NCBI GenBank assembly: GCA_904063045.1
Contig: CAJFCJ010000004.1
Location: forward strand, 370,195-434,194
From: Dimorphilus gyrociliatus
Lineage: Eukaryota; Animalia; Annelida
Reading direction: 5' to 3'
DNA: 64,000 nt
Shown: positions 25,295 through 37,744 of the stretch, piece after piece
How the letters are laid out: the number at the start of each line of letters is the position of its first letter
How positions within the stretch are numbered: the stretch's first letter is position 1
The notes under the pieces: model-generated
What the model was told of the DNA's origin: nothing
Database searches by the model: none
What the model saw: only the letters and a program-made list of their open reading frames with translations
Position numbers and translations under genes: made by a program

Positions 25295-27096
25295 ATGGTG
25301 CTGCCCCCAACAAATAAAACTGTCACTCAAACTGAAACTATAACTGAAGCCAAAAGACATGTTAGCTTACTTATTAAGTAGCGATGTGATTCCAAATGGA
25401 GTTAGAAGCGGCTCCTTAATTATTATATTTATCCTATCCGTATTTTTTGATCGGTCAGTATGGCTGGGAATGGATTACTTGATTTCCTTTATTACCGGTC
25501 TGGCTTTGTTCATCGTTCCACAACATTTGCTGCAATTTCAGGTACTATAATACTTATAACAAGTAAATTATTAAAATATCATATAAATATCATAAAATTC
25601 ATTTGAAAATGTACATCAAGTTTGATAATAAAACTTATTTCTGTAAAAATTACAATAAAAAAAACAGAGCATTAATCAGTTCTCTGTTATATGTTGCACA
25701 GAACAACTCAAAAATCTGGATGTTTACACACTGCTATTGTTTATCTAGAATTTGCAAAACAAAGAATATTCTTTTGAGAATAATCAAAGAGAATATTAAA
25801 ATGAAAAAAAACAACAACTAGAATATTTCTACTAGAATTATTAAATTGTTTTTTATAGCGCCTATCTTTTTTTTAAAACTAGGCCTAATGGGAGAATAAA
25901 AATATTTATAACATTGTTGCCAAAAAACAACAATAATATAGTTTAAATTGATTTATTTCCTTATAGATATTTGGAACATTGGATAGTCATCATTATATCT
26001 TAGCAAGGGCACTTGGTGTAGTCATTCTATCTAATGTCTTGTATTGTTACTTGGTTTCAAACTCGAGGGACGGTACCGTTCATATATCTTATCTAAGTTC
26101 TAAATCAGCGGTAAAAAATATTCTTATTATCTTTTAGCCAATTGAATTATTTATTAATTGTATTATACGTTTTCCTCCTCGCAGAGTCTCTGCTTAATGC
26201 TATTGGCTGGTGCACATGCTGTATATGGGACAAAAGCCACTAGCAAACCCAGGTTAACCGATGAGGTAAATATAAGGCCTAGAAGTAGTGAAGAGTTTTT
26301 GCAATATAATTTTATAAACAGAATATTAACTTTTTTTCCTTTCTCTTGTTCCACAATAGCAATTTCTATCATTTAGTGGTTTGGCTTGTTTACTATCACT
26401 CCTTGGAAATATTTATCATCTAGCCTTATCAAAAGACTACAGTTCTTTTCCAAATTATCATATAAGATTTCATATGCACTTACGACTAGACTTTCTAATT
26501 TCTTGTACAAGAGCTATTGCAATTTATGCATTTCCAATTATGGCAATGAAAGCATTGGTTAGTACAAATCTACAGTTATATTAATAACAATTATAATTGA
26601 AAAAATATAATATTTAAAACAGAATGTCAAGCAAGATGTTGTGTCTCATACTCTACTAAGATTTATTGCCAGCGAAGATATACTAGCTTCCTTAATATCG
26701 CTACAGGCTGGAACATTCTTATACGAACGTGAAAAAACTATAAAAATGTATTGTCGTATTCAGGTAAAGTATTTATTTCATATATTTAAATCAATAGAAT
26801 AAATTTTAATTGATTATTTCTTTATTAAATTTTTCTAGAGCTCTATTACGCAAATATTATTCTTCTCCTACGTCTGCTTCTTCTCCAACTTAAATGTATC
26901 ACATTCTGTGTTTTACTTATATTGCGGTTTAAATATTCTTTTAATTCTGAATGCCGCTTTTTCGTTAACTGAAAGTGCTATGCTTATACACGATTATCGT
27001 TCACCGAGTAAGAATGGAAAAGATGATAATATCGATCATAGTTGGTTCGAAGCAAGAAAGACTCCCGAGAAAGTAACGAAGCAATTGTTCACCTAA
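25295..27096 (+). CDS. Multi-pass membrane protein with two TP53I11/PIG11-like 4-TM units; 5' end uncertain
   Basis: Spliced exons give WLGMDYLISFITGLALFIVPQHLLQFQ|IFGTLDSHHYILARALG... and a second unit HLRLDFLISCTRAIAIYAFP...|NVKQDVVSHTLLRFIA..., with stop at 27096. The family assignment is by recalled resemblance only. Confidence 0.6.
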
Positions 27097-27486
27097 AAAT
27101 TGAACTTTTATTTTTTTCATCTTTTTATAGGTCTTTCATTATTGATCATAAAATGTGTTGTGCTTATTCTTGTGTTTAGGGTTATAAAGTAGTCTCAAAA
27201 ATTTTTAAGTTACGCTCTTCAGTGTGATGCCAAAAGATTTGTAAGCTTAATATACATATATTTATAGTTTTGTTTCGTAATATCCTTTTTGTTCTATACT
27301 TTTTTTTGGTGTAAATAATAATAATTTTTTTTATAGTTATTACTATTTTTCTAAAAATTTTTATGTAACAAACAGAAAAGAATCAGGAAATTTTTCCTAT
27401 ATCATTTTAGGATTATATATTAATGTTACTCCAAAAACTTTCAAACATTATTTTGGCGCTCTTTACTATTATTAAAATATATTATT

Positions 27487-28229
27487 ATGAATCAATATGG
27501 TGTTGCTCACGTACGATTTTTACAAAAAATTATGAGCAAAAGTTTTATGTATGGTTCAGAGGTTAAAGAATATTTTGAAAAGTGCCTAAATGCATCAAGT
27601 TAGCTTAATGATTGCCTATTTTCAACGAGTTCTTTCACATTGATTGCTTCTCTCTTTCAGATATTGAACCACCCGACGATTTAAAAGAGGGTCTTTTTGA
27701 ATTTATCAAGGCTATAAAGTTGAATATTATGAAGTTAAATTACGATATTGAGAGATCTGTCTGTGAAAAGACTGGTAGAAGCTGTTATGTATTCTGTTGT
27801 AAGAAGGAATCTTTCAAAGACACTATCAAGCCAGAACTTCGTCAGTTCCTGACAGCAATTATCAATCAAATAGTGGATAATAATGGCAGATTAGGAAATA
27901 TTGCGATAAGTAACATTGGTAATTCGTTTAATGAGTATAAACTCTCTGCAGGAGAGTGTGATGGACTGTGCAGAGAATTTATAAAATCTGGTTGGCTTAT
28001 TGATGACGATAATTGCGGAGTTGTTCTATCCCCGAGAGCTCTTATAGAACTAAAGGATGATTTGAAAGATAGAAATGTTCCAGATTGTAACGGTTGTAAA
28101 ACAATCTGCGTTTTAGGAGATAGTTGTCAACATTGTGAGACCAAAATGCACTTTAGATGTGCTAAAAAATTATTTGGAGGAGACAATGGTAAATGCCCAA
28201 ATTGTTCTGCAGACTGGATTTTTTCTTAA
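27487..28229 (+). CDS. NSMCE1: SMC5/6 complex subunit NSE1 (winged-helix plus RING-like)
   Basis: Exon 1 27487-27598 (HVRFLQKIMS) splices in phase 1 to 27661. Contains GWL...LSPRALIEL and a C4HC3 finger CxxC...CxxC...HxxC...CPxC...W. Confidence 0.88.
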
Positions 28230-28678
28230 ATATACCTCATATTTCAGTTGCAAAAACACTTGAAAAATTATTCTATCAGTAAATAAACATATATTTCATT
28301 AAACTCATAAAATTTCAAATAATATAATAATTTCACTAATAACTGAAAATTCTTATGGCATACTGAGACAATATCAACTGAAAACAGTTTTTAAAGGCCT
28401 AAAAATATTTAGTACATCTTATCCAACATTCATTAATACTTTTGTACACCACGCCTAGTAATTATAAAGTAACAAAAGCAACAAGAATAAAGGTAATAAC
28501 TGGAAAGAAATATTTTTTTTTTCAGTGAAAAAACAAACAACACCGAAACGGCAAGTTTTATTGACTGAGCACTGAGCGATTTCTGGTTTTCAATTCTAGA
28601 ATTATAAACATAAAGAATATTCTAAAAGGAAAAACAAATATGGAAAAAGGTAATATTTTTGCAACTTAAACAGTTTTT

Positions 28679-29361
28679 TCACTTAAGCATGCCAAAGTTC
28701 ATTCTTAGCTGTTCAAAAAATATGAAAGTTATAATTGTGTGTGGTCCTAGTCTAACAAATGCCGGAACGAAGCCCTTGAAAAAACCACTGGGTCCTGCCT
28801 TTAAGATGTCTTTAGCACAATGTCCAATGCTCTTTAAAAGTATGGACAATAATTAAATAGTATATTTAATAATAAATAAATGGTATTGCCTATTTAAAAT
28901 GAACTTACCGAATATGTTCCTGGTGGGGCATTCATTAATCTAGTTTTCAAAACATCTAATGGCATTGTTAAAAGAGTTGCTATGGCACCCTAAATATTAT
29001 TACAAAACGTAGTTTTTAGCGGTTTTGTTATTATAGATTTATAGCATATTACTTACAGCTGCAAAGCTTGAGGAAAAATGCAAAACTATATTATCCTTGA
29101 ATACTCCAGTCATGAGCAACATCTATTTATTTAAAAAAAATATCAATATATTCATCGATAATAAAGCAATTATAAAAAGAACTGAGATATAATACTAACC
29201 ACTTTAATCTGATCGTAAAATGATAGCTGACCAATAGTGACAAGCACTGCTCTTGAACTTGCCATAGTGGCTCCAGAAAAGAGTTTGGACGCTCCTTCTT
29301 TACTATAAACTTTAAGGAGACCATCAATTGCATGTTTATAGCTGGAAAAAGAATTAATTTA

Positions 29362-29392
<31 letters not shown>

Positions 29393-30030
29393 GGTTATTA
29401 TAGTTTTTCTTACTTTCTTCTTTCGTTGACTGGCAGTTTAACATCATTTTGCATCCTACATTTAAATGAATAAAGGCATTTATCTAATTTATAAATAAAT
29501 GTATTGCTTGAAATTTACCTAACGTTTATCATATCAGCCGGTGTACCAACAAAACCACCAACTGCTCCAGCTACTCCACCTAAGAGTACTTTTTGATAGA
29601 ATGGTACTTCTTTATCCGATCCTAAAATATTATTTTTAACTCCTTCGTAGATAGCAAATCTTGTCATAGAATAGGTCAGCTGATTAAATAGAAAGTATTT
29701 TTAGAAATTTTTTGTTTTTCTAGAAGAATTGTTTTAAAATAATACCTGTCTTAATATTGATGCTGATAGGCCATTATAAAGGGAGAAAAATCCATGATTT
29801 CTAACAACTTTAACAGCCATGCCAGATAATCGTAGATTAGACTTCTGTTGAGTTTGTAGATGAACCTGTCACGCAATCGAACAAAAGAGATAGTATACAG
29901 ACGAACCTTATCAAGCTAATTTTCTTACTTTTAGTAAATCCAAGGGATGTGTACAACATGCTGCACCAGCACTTGCAAATCCACCAAAATACCATCGTCC
30001 AACTCTCTTTTTATCAGTCTGCTCTGACAT
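28679..30030 (-). CDS. SLC25A10: Mitochondrial dicarboxylate carrier
   Basis: N-terminus RWYFGGFASAGAACCTHPLDLLK|VHLQTQQ, then LSASILRQ-type and PLDVLKTRLMN motifs, and C-terminal FKGFVPAFVRLGPHTIITFIFFEQLR. These are characteristic of DIC. Confidence 0.92.
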
Positions 30031-31025
30031 ATTTCCTTTGGTGAAATCGAAAATGAAAGGCGCGAACGCAAAGTGACCAGTATAAATGCAAAGGCCGGTC
30101 TATATTCAATATCAGCACACGCCACTCTGTTTCGTGCCCTTGTTTTGCAATGTCAATAACGAGTGACCTTGACAGACCTGACTGATCGAAGAATAGAGAT
30201 TGTAGAATATGCTAAATACGCATGCGCCACTTAATGGTTTAGCCAAGAAAAGCGCGGTTGTATGATTCAGTGACACACTATATAATATAATAGATCATCG
30301 AAATTTCAAAAAAACTATAGTTTTAATGATTTCTCAACATGTCTTATCTATAAAACATATGTTTTTTAAATAAACTCTAAAAAATGTCTTATTTATTAGG
30401 GTTTTTTGTCGACATTAACATAATTAAGAACTATATATTATCGCTCATAAAAATTTATCAATACGAAAAACATTGTTGAAATAATTAAAATTTTGTATGG
30501 CGACATTAAACAGATTTAATATCACTTTTAAAGAAAAATATTACTCTAAAATCTTTTTATAGATAATTTTAAAACATTTATTTTTGAAAAGAAGTTGATA
30601 GTTTGTTAATAGTTTCTATTCTTAAATTTTATCAATTGATCAGTTTCACAAATATATATTTTTATTATTATTATTACTTATTATTGTTATTATTATAATT
30701 AGTATATAAATAATATATCTAGTTTTCCCGATTAATAAGTAATCTTAAACTTAAATCTATATATAAAATACTTGTTAATATACATAAAAAATGACTCTCT
30801 GTATTCTAAAATTGTATGTTTCTTACGGTTTTCAAATTTAATTATTTCCTATTGAAATTCTAAAATCGACATCGTTTGACTAACAATGTCTATGCTACTT
30901 GTTTTATAAAGTTTTTTTGTTTTCAGTTGAATAGCTCTTCTACCGTTTTTCAATATGTAAAACATTCTTCCTAGTAATAAACGCCATCTGTCAGTGCCGT
31001 CGTGTTCACTACAATTTGAATTAAA

Positions 31026-32423
31026 ATGTTCAACGGTATATTTTCTGGGCTTTTAATAATTGTCATTGCGCAGTATACAACTGCTAACGATGATATAAAT
31101 TACTCAACAATGATGCCACTTGAACTTAACCTCTTCGTTCAAGACCATGAATATGTTCTTGCTTATTATGGTGAGCGATAGTATATGCTTAACACTTTTA
31201 GTATGCATTTAACTTTATTTATTTATTATAGAGTATAAAAGTAATAATTTCTGTCAATTGAAAATTTTCTTTTTATAGATTAAATTAAATTAAGCAAAAG
31301 TGTGTTTTAGACATTATACTTCTCTTAAAATTAACATGCAACTTTTTAACTGGTCATTTAGGCTAAATTAATTTTTAAAAAATGGTAATATTCTCTAAAG
31401 AAATGTTCTACATGTTGAAATGGATAAGAGTCAATAAAAGTTTTTACAAATCAATTATAAACAACTGTTAAAACAAATTTCTACAAAACACAATTTTGAA
31501 TAAACAGCTCCAACAGATTGCGAAAATTGTGTAGAACAGGAAAAACTTGTTAAAGACATTATTGGTTCATCTTACATATCTACCTTATATGGAGTTAGAA
31601 TTCTAAGTTATCCATCATTCATCAATAAACCGTCGCTTATATTCTTTAGAAAAGCAATGCCCATGATCTATCCCTCACCTATGATAGAGAAAAATGATGT
31701 TATTATATGGCTAGAACAACATAAGAATGTGGTAATGAGGATCTTAACCGATGATAACTTTGAACACCTTACTCAAGCATCAACAGGTGCTACTACAGGA
31801 GATTGGCTAATTAGCTTGTAATAACCATTTAGAAGTTGTAGACATATTAATAACCTACTTAAATTTTCAGTGAAAAGTCCGGTTGTGACCAATTTACTCC
31901 TCTATTGGAGGCTGTCGCCCACCACCTACGTCAGAAAATTAACGTGGCAACAGTAGATTTGACAAGACAATTAGAATTGAGAAAGAGATTCAAGATAGAG
32001 GGTTGTCCTTCAATATATTTGTAAGTTTATACTTGAACATCTATAATCAGCTGTTGTTATTTGTTCAATTTCCCAAAAACAGATTTCGACATGGTAATAT
32101 GTACGAATACTCTTTCAAAGAGTTTACCTTTCAAAGTCTCACCGAATTCGCAGAGAATACCTACAAACATAGTAAAGCCGAGAAAGTTCCAAATCCTCAA
32201 AGTCCCTTGTAAGTTTTTAATGAGATTAAATACAAGACATGTACTAATTGTTTTATATTAATTTTTCAATAGTGATAAACTAGTTGAATATGTCGTTGAT
32301 CGTCTAAAAAAATCAAGAACTCTTTTCTACACTCTAATTAGTATCCCCATTATTATAGTTCTTATCAGTCTTTACATTGTTAGAAAAAGAAGGATTGACC
32401 AAAAGAGATTCAAGCTTCACTAA
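31026..32423 (+). CDS. Type I membrane thioredoxin-domain protein (two Trx-like folds)
   Basis: Signal peptide MFNGIFSGLLIIVIAQYTTA, then CENC. Contains the conserved invertebrate motif LTDDNFEHLTQASTGATTGDWL, a TM segment LFYTLISIPIIIVLISLYIV and a basic tail. Stop 32421-32423. Confidence 0.8.
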
Positions 32424-32647
32424 AATAAGGAAATAGACAATTTTCTAAGGAAACTAGTCAATTTAGCAGGAAAGGTAAAAAAGATCAACCTTCCTTTTAT
32501 TGTCTTATCAAGGAATCCGGGACTTCACTTTTTTAAAAGATAATAGCTGAATATTTATTATAGAAAATTGAATAAAATTTTTGTCAAAAAGAAAATTCTT
32601 TTAGTGGGATTCAATATTATTGTTCAATAATCTAAAAAAAACAAAAA

Positions 32648-33970
32648 TTATACATGATTTTTTACAAAGGGTAAATTTTTGTAGAATGAAACATTTAAAT
32701 CAGTTTTCTCTTCATTTCGCTTGTAGAACCACTCTTCCATGCAGCTGAGAGTTAAGGGATCTTGATCTATATCAAATTTGTTTACAAACAATTCGTACCT
32801 ATCTGCTAGTCTATATAAATCCCCTAATCCGATAATGCAGATAAACCTTTGCCATGTTCCGCTGCATTTTTCAACCTTGGTCCACCAAATTTTATATCTG
32901 GAAACAAATGGTTTTAAATCAGGATTACCTTTGTAAGAGCCAGGAACTTTAAGATGAGGAGAATGATTAAGAGATGAGAAATAGTGTTCATCAGGAACTC
33001 TAATGTCAGCCATCCAATACAACAAATCACGAGCGATTTTTGAGTTTAGAACATATCCTATGAATTTTCTAGATACTGCCATATGAGCCGATCCTTTAGT
33101 TATAAGAACTTCGTGCGGTACAGGACCCTTTCGAGAGTTAGTTCTCCACCACTCTGTTCTCCAAGAATATTCGGTCCATGCGATAGGACGTTTGTGGGGG
33201 GTGCCATCAACATCGTTGCCCCCATTGAAAGCATGCAAGATTTTTACCAATTGTTTGTTGGTTTTTAATGGAAAATCTTGTCCTGTTAAATTTATAAGGT
33301 ATTTCCATTTTGTTGTTGAATTGTACAGTTTCTTGAGACACATTAGTTCAGCCTGAACAACAGTTATTTCAGCCCACCGGACAGATATAGGATTTTCAAT
33401 CGTCAAAACGTTTTGAAAGCACTTACCTATTGACTTGATGGCACTTTGCATACTTTCAGATGCTTTGGCGTCAACGTGAATACAATAAACATTGTGAGGG
33501 CGATAAATTGCTCTAAGTAAACGTTCGGTTTGCTCCGCTGACTTATAAACAAGAATTGAATATGCAATAGGGAACTTCTTCTCTTCTTTTGAGGATTTGA
33601 ACTTGTTATAACCTCTGTCCATTTTAAACTTCTTACAATCTTTCGTCATGTCGATATATTCACTGTCAGATATGGCATTAGGTCGGTAGCACCATTTATA
33701 ATCTCTCATCCTTAAGAGTTCCGAAGTTCTTGTCGGAGACTGTGAAAAAAATGCAGTGCAGTCAACTTCGAAAGGAGGATCGTAGATTGAATATCTTTTA
33801 GTCGGGACTCTGGATTTGAATACTGAAGGGCACACAACACTTTCATAATGAGGCTTTGAGAATATCAGAAAAAGGATAGTAAGAGCGATAATAAGTGTAT
33901 AAGAGGATGATAACAAATTAATTGAAAACTTCAGAATCAAGGCGATGAATGACCAAATCTTTTTATTCAT
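32648..33970 (-). CDS. Core-2/I-branching beta-1,6-GlcNAc transferase (GT14), intronless
   Basis: 440-aa ORF with a type II TM anchor and GT14 motifs FPIAYSILVYK, RLLRAIYRPHNVYCIHVD, WKYLINLTGQDFPLKTN and PDEHYF. Confidence 0.93.
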   Translation of the reverse strand: MNKKIWSFIALILKFSINLLSSSYTLIIALTILFLIFSKPHYESVVCPSVFKSRVPTKRYSIYDPPFEVDCTAFFSQSPTRTSELLRMRDYKWCYRPNAISDSEYIDMTKDCKKFKMDRGYNKFKSSKEEKKFPIAYSILVYKSAEQTERLLRAIYRPHNVYCIHVDAKASESMQSAIKSIGKCFQNVLTIENPISVRWAEITVVQAELMCLKKLYNSTTKWKYLINLTGQDFPLKTNKQLVKILHAFNGGNDVDGTPHKRPIAWTEYSWRTEWWRTNSRKGPVPHEVLITKGSAHMAVSRKFIGYVLNSKIARDLLYWMADIRVPDEHYFSSLNHSPHLKVPGSYKGNPDLKPFVSRYKIWWTKVEKCSGTWQRFICIIGLGDLYRLADRYELFVNKFDIDQDPLTLSCMEEWFYKRNEEKTDLNVSFYKNLPFVKNHV

Positions 33971-34389
33971 CCTAATTTCTTCTTAGCTCATGACAAATTT
34001 CCTCAGCAAACACGGCTAAAATTATTTTAAAAATACCATATCCTAACTAGACAGTAGCTTCCCTCATTTTCGTATTCGAAAGAACTTTATACCACGTAAT
34101 AGCAAATTACCGTTATCGAATGATGAAAACTGTAACAGTTGTATTTAACTCTATTGAGTTTTATTAACAATTCAATAATATTTGGCGAAATAGTTATTTT
34201 ATTCCCAGAACACTATTTATATTGATAGAAAGAAAAACGAAAATTTGACGATTTAAATCAATCACTAAAAAAAATTTCGTAGAATTAATTAATTCACTAA
34301 AGAAGCCTATAGAATGCTATGAATTATAAAATAATATTTTTCTAACAATTTAAAGATGATCCGAGTTATTTCTAGGAGATATATCATAT

Positions 34390-35241
34390 TTATAATTTTG
34401 AAGGGTACGAGGATTCATTATTAAAATATTCAATATTACCCAAAGTAACTAATCTGTCTTTAACCACTATTTCAAAGTAAAAATAGAATTCATTAATTTT
34501 CCAACAGTTTGCAATCAGAACATCTCCAAGTAGACATTCACCCTTATAAGAAATATTTGCCTTTTTTACTTGATTTCTTTCCGGTGAAAGTTTCTTAATA
34601 CACCTTTCCGTTAGATGAATATAAACCATAAAATTTGTATGGTTATTAGCATCTATATCATTATCATCTATGGTATGTTCTGTTATTCCATCGGGCTTTC
34701 CTAGGTTTATTAATTTGACAATTCTATCAGGTAAGCTATGAGACCACCTAGTATAAATCTTTTCTCTTGAGAAGTCTCTGTCAAAAAAATCGGTTATGGG
34801 TTTTCTCTTCTTGGAATCAACCATTACTGATCTACTTGTAAAATACACGATATCTTGACCGTCTAATGTTTTTATGATATATTTTTCCCATGCTGATGAG
34901 GATTTTATATTATGTGTAAGGAAATATCCTCCAAAATTCTCGAATGATTTTTTACTCTTTAGCATCGTATAAAATGCAGGCAGGAAAAGTATTTCGCATT
35001 GTGCTATAAAAAGTAGAGTTTTGCCACTATTCCATCTTAACGCATTTGTAAACCCGTCGGGAACATCAGTCTGGAAGACATCTCCCAAAAACGTTCCAAG
35101 AGTTAATGGAAATGACGAATATTTTCGTAGCAGTTCCATCTTCATCTCTACGTTTTTTACACGAATGGTAACAGGATCTATAACATCATATTTTTTCTTT
35201 AAATATACTTCTAAAATTGATTCGTCTTCAATTAAATTCAT
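34390..35241 (-). CDS. Double-HotDog acyl-ACP/acyl-CoA thioesterase-like protein with PTS1, intronless
   Basis: 283-aa ORF with DIDANNHTN (FatA/B-type D-x-N-x-H-x-N) and ISYKGECLLGD (compare YxxECxxGD), ending in SKL. Confidence 0.7.
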   Translation of the reverse strand: MNLIEDESILEVYLKKKYDVIDPVTIRVKNVEMKMELLRKYSSFPLTLGTFLGDVFQTDVPDGFTNALRWNSGKTLLFIAQCEILFLPAFYTMLKSKKSFENFGGYFLTHNIKSSSAWEKYIIKTLDGQDIVYFTSRSVMVDSKKRKPITDFFDRDFSREKIYTRWSHSLPDRIVKLINLGKPDGITEHTIDDNDIDANNHTNFMVYIHLTERCIKKLSPERNQVKKANISYKGECLLGDVLIANCWKINEFYFYFEIVVKDRLVTLGNIEYFNNESSYPSKL

Positions 35242-36414
35242 ATTTTACAAAAGTATTTTCCAAATAGTTCTATTCAAGCAGACGACAGGATTAGAGGTCA
35301 AAATATAAGAAAAAGCAGAGTTTTTTTATAACAGTTTATCAATTGATTTAAACTATTTATTAAAAGATGAATAGATTATTTGTGTACTATAGACTTTTTA
35401 GACGATTTTATACATTATTTTATCAGTTCATTTTTAGCCTTTTACCAACTGTTGTCGGCAAAGTTAAGAAAGAATTGAAATCATATAAGTAAACATATGT
35501 GAAAAGCTAGGTCTCTATTAATAGTTTCATGTTCATGTTTAAGGCTTCTTATAGTTGTGATATGAGTACTGTACACTGTTCATATATTGAGTATTTGCAA
35601 GCTGGTATTAAAAATAAAAATCAGCATTATTTCAATGTTGGTAGATAAATTCATTCTTAATAAGAGTTAAATCTTAATCGACGTATCGTCACATTTACTA
35701 TAGAAATCTTTAGAAGTTTCTGCTAATAAAAGAATTATATTTAACCCTATTTATATCTAAAATTATTCTTTTAATTCATTCTTTTCTTATTTATTTTCTT
35801 CGAAACATTGATTTTCTTTTCAAAAGTCTTCAGCAATAATATCGTCAACAGAAAGTTTTGAACTCGCTAGTATTACGAGATATGCAGATTATTCAAATCA
35901 ATCGATGGCATAAAAAATGTTGTCGATTATAATATATTAAGATTTATATAAATTATATAAAATCTTCTCAAATCATTATTTAAATAAAAGGAAAAAATTT
36001 TTGACTTATCTATTTCTTTGCGAAGAGGAAAAGATTGCTATGAATAGTAGTTATTTTATACATTGGAAGATACCTTCTAAACACTCACCCAAGTCTATTT
36101 ATACCATTAACATCATATATTGATTAAAACATAAAGACCATTGGTCTTTTTTTCCTTGCTTAAAATAGATTAATACTTTTATAAAATGTGGCAAATTAAT
36201 AATTACTTTGATAATCAATCTTGTATAGATTTCTTACAAACTGAATAGGAGACATTATTTTTGTCAAATGTTACCGGAAGTTGTATATATATATATATAT
36301 TTTAAAACTTTATTGAAATACTAAAGGAATAAAGTCAGTGGCATTTAATTATAGATAAATTTTAATTAGCTTGTTAATTAATAGTTAAAAGATTTCATAT
36401 ATTTCTTTGACTGG

Positions 36415-37744
36415 TTATAGAGAAGATCGTTGAAAGATAAAAAGGTGTATTAGAATTAACATCCTATAGCTATTTACCGAGGACAAATTTCTCTTCTGAA
36501 AAGTTTCTATGCTATTTTCAGACTTAAATACGTTATTGTCTAGTTAAAATTATAATATAATCTATAAAGTAATTAACTTTTGAATTATTCATATAAACTT
36601 ACATTTTATTTCATTTGGAAAGCATAATTTATTACTCTTATAACAACAAGAGAGAATTTTCTGTCCTATTGATAAATTAAATATTCTCCCTTGAATTCGT
36701 TGTAAATTTGTCACGTAGAGATTTTCTGGGCAAGCGTAAATAAACCGAACGTCTACTGAATGTTCATTTTTGTCTATACTAAACAACTTTGATCTTGTTA
36801 AATTATATAATAATCTTTGACTGCAATTGCAGAAGAGAACGTTGTTTACGTAGAATTGATTAAAAGCTTTCATAATATTCTCCTCTTCGTGCTTATAAGT
36901 TGGATTTAAAAATAGATTCATTTTATTCACAATTAGGTTTCCTTTGTATGTTTATAAGTGAAAAAAAGAACAAAAGATAAGAGAAAGAACTCTTTTAAAC
37001 CATACCGTAAAATTTTCTATGAATATTCCTTATCATTAATGAAGCAACATGTTCCAGATCGTTTTCAATGTATAAATGATTTACTCGGAAACTCCATGAT
37101 ATGTCTTTGTCGCAATGATCTAATGATATGATTTTGTTAAAATCATACATTATTTTGTATTCTGTATTAATTCTTGCATCATCAGCAAAACTTGGCTGTT
37201 CTATCATTGAAAATATAAGATTCAGTTTCTGATGTGATACCAGTCGACAAGGAAGTTTACTATTAACCATTACTAACTGGAGTAATGAGTTATCTATTTC
37301 TATAAGTATATTGAATAGATTTTGGATACATACAAATTAGCTATTTAGCAATTGGACGATAGAAAACTATAAGATGTCAATACCTTTTGTTCTATATATG
37401 GCCCATTTTCTATTCAAACAGTTTCTAGCCGTTATTGTTCCCACTTTTGTAAATATATCAATTAATATAGGCTTATATGTTAGATCTTTGCCAGTATTAT
37501 CCTGCGCACATATTAAATCATAATATACTTTCACTTGGGATTTTTGAAGGAAATTTTTAGATATCCTATTACAATTTGCATCACTTCCTCCCAAAGTATT
37601 TTCTGTACATATATAGCTAACAACTATCTCTTGTCTAGTTTCACTCACAGAGCATTTGCAAATATCTCTTACTCTACTGAAGGAAGTTAGAACTTGGTAG
37701 TTAATTAAACCTATCGAAGCAAAGAGATATTGTAATGTAAGCAT
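36415..37744 (-). CDS. Orphan secreted or GPI-anchored Cys-containing protein, about 372 aa, with an LRRCT-like segment
   Basis: Exons 37384-37744, 37006-37299, 36603-36941 and 36415-36539 are joined by three phase-1 GT-AG introns (84, 64 and 63 nt). Total length is 1119 nt, which is in frame. N-terminus and C-terminal tail are hydrophobic. Confidence 0.6.
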
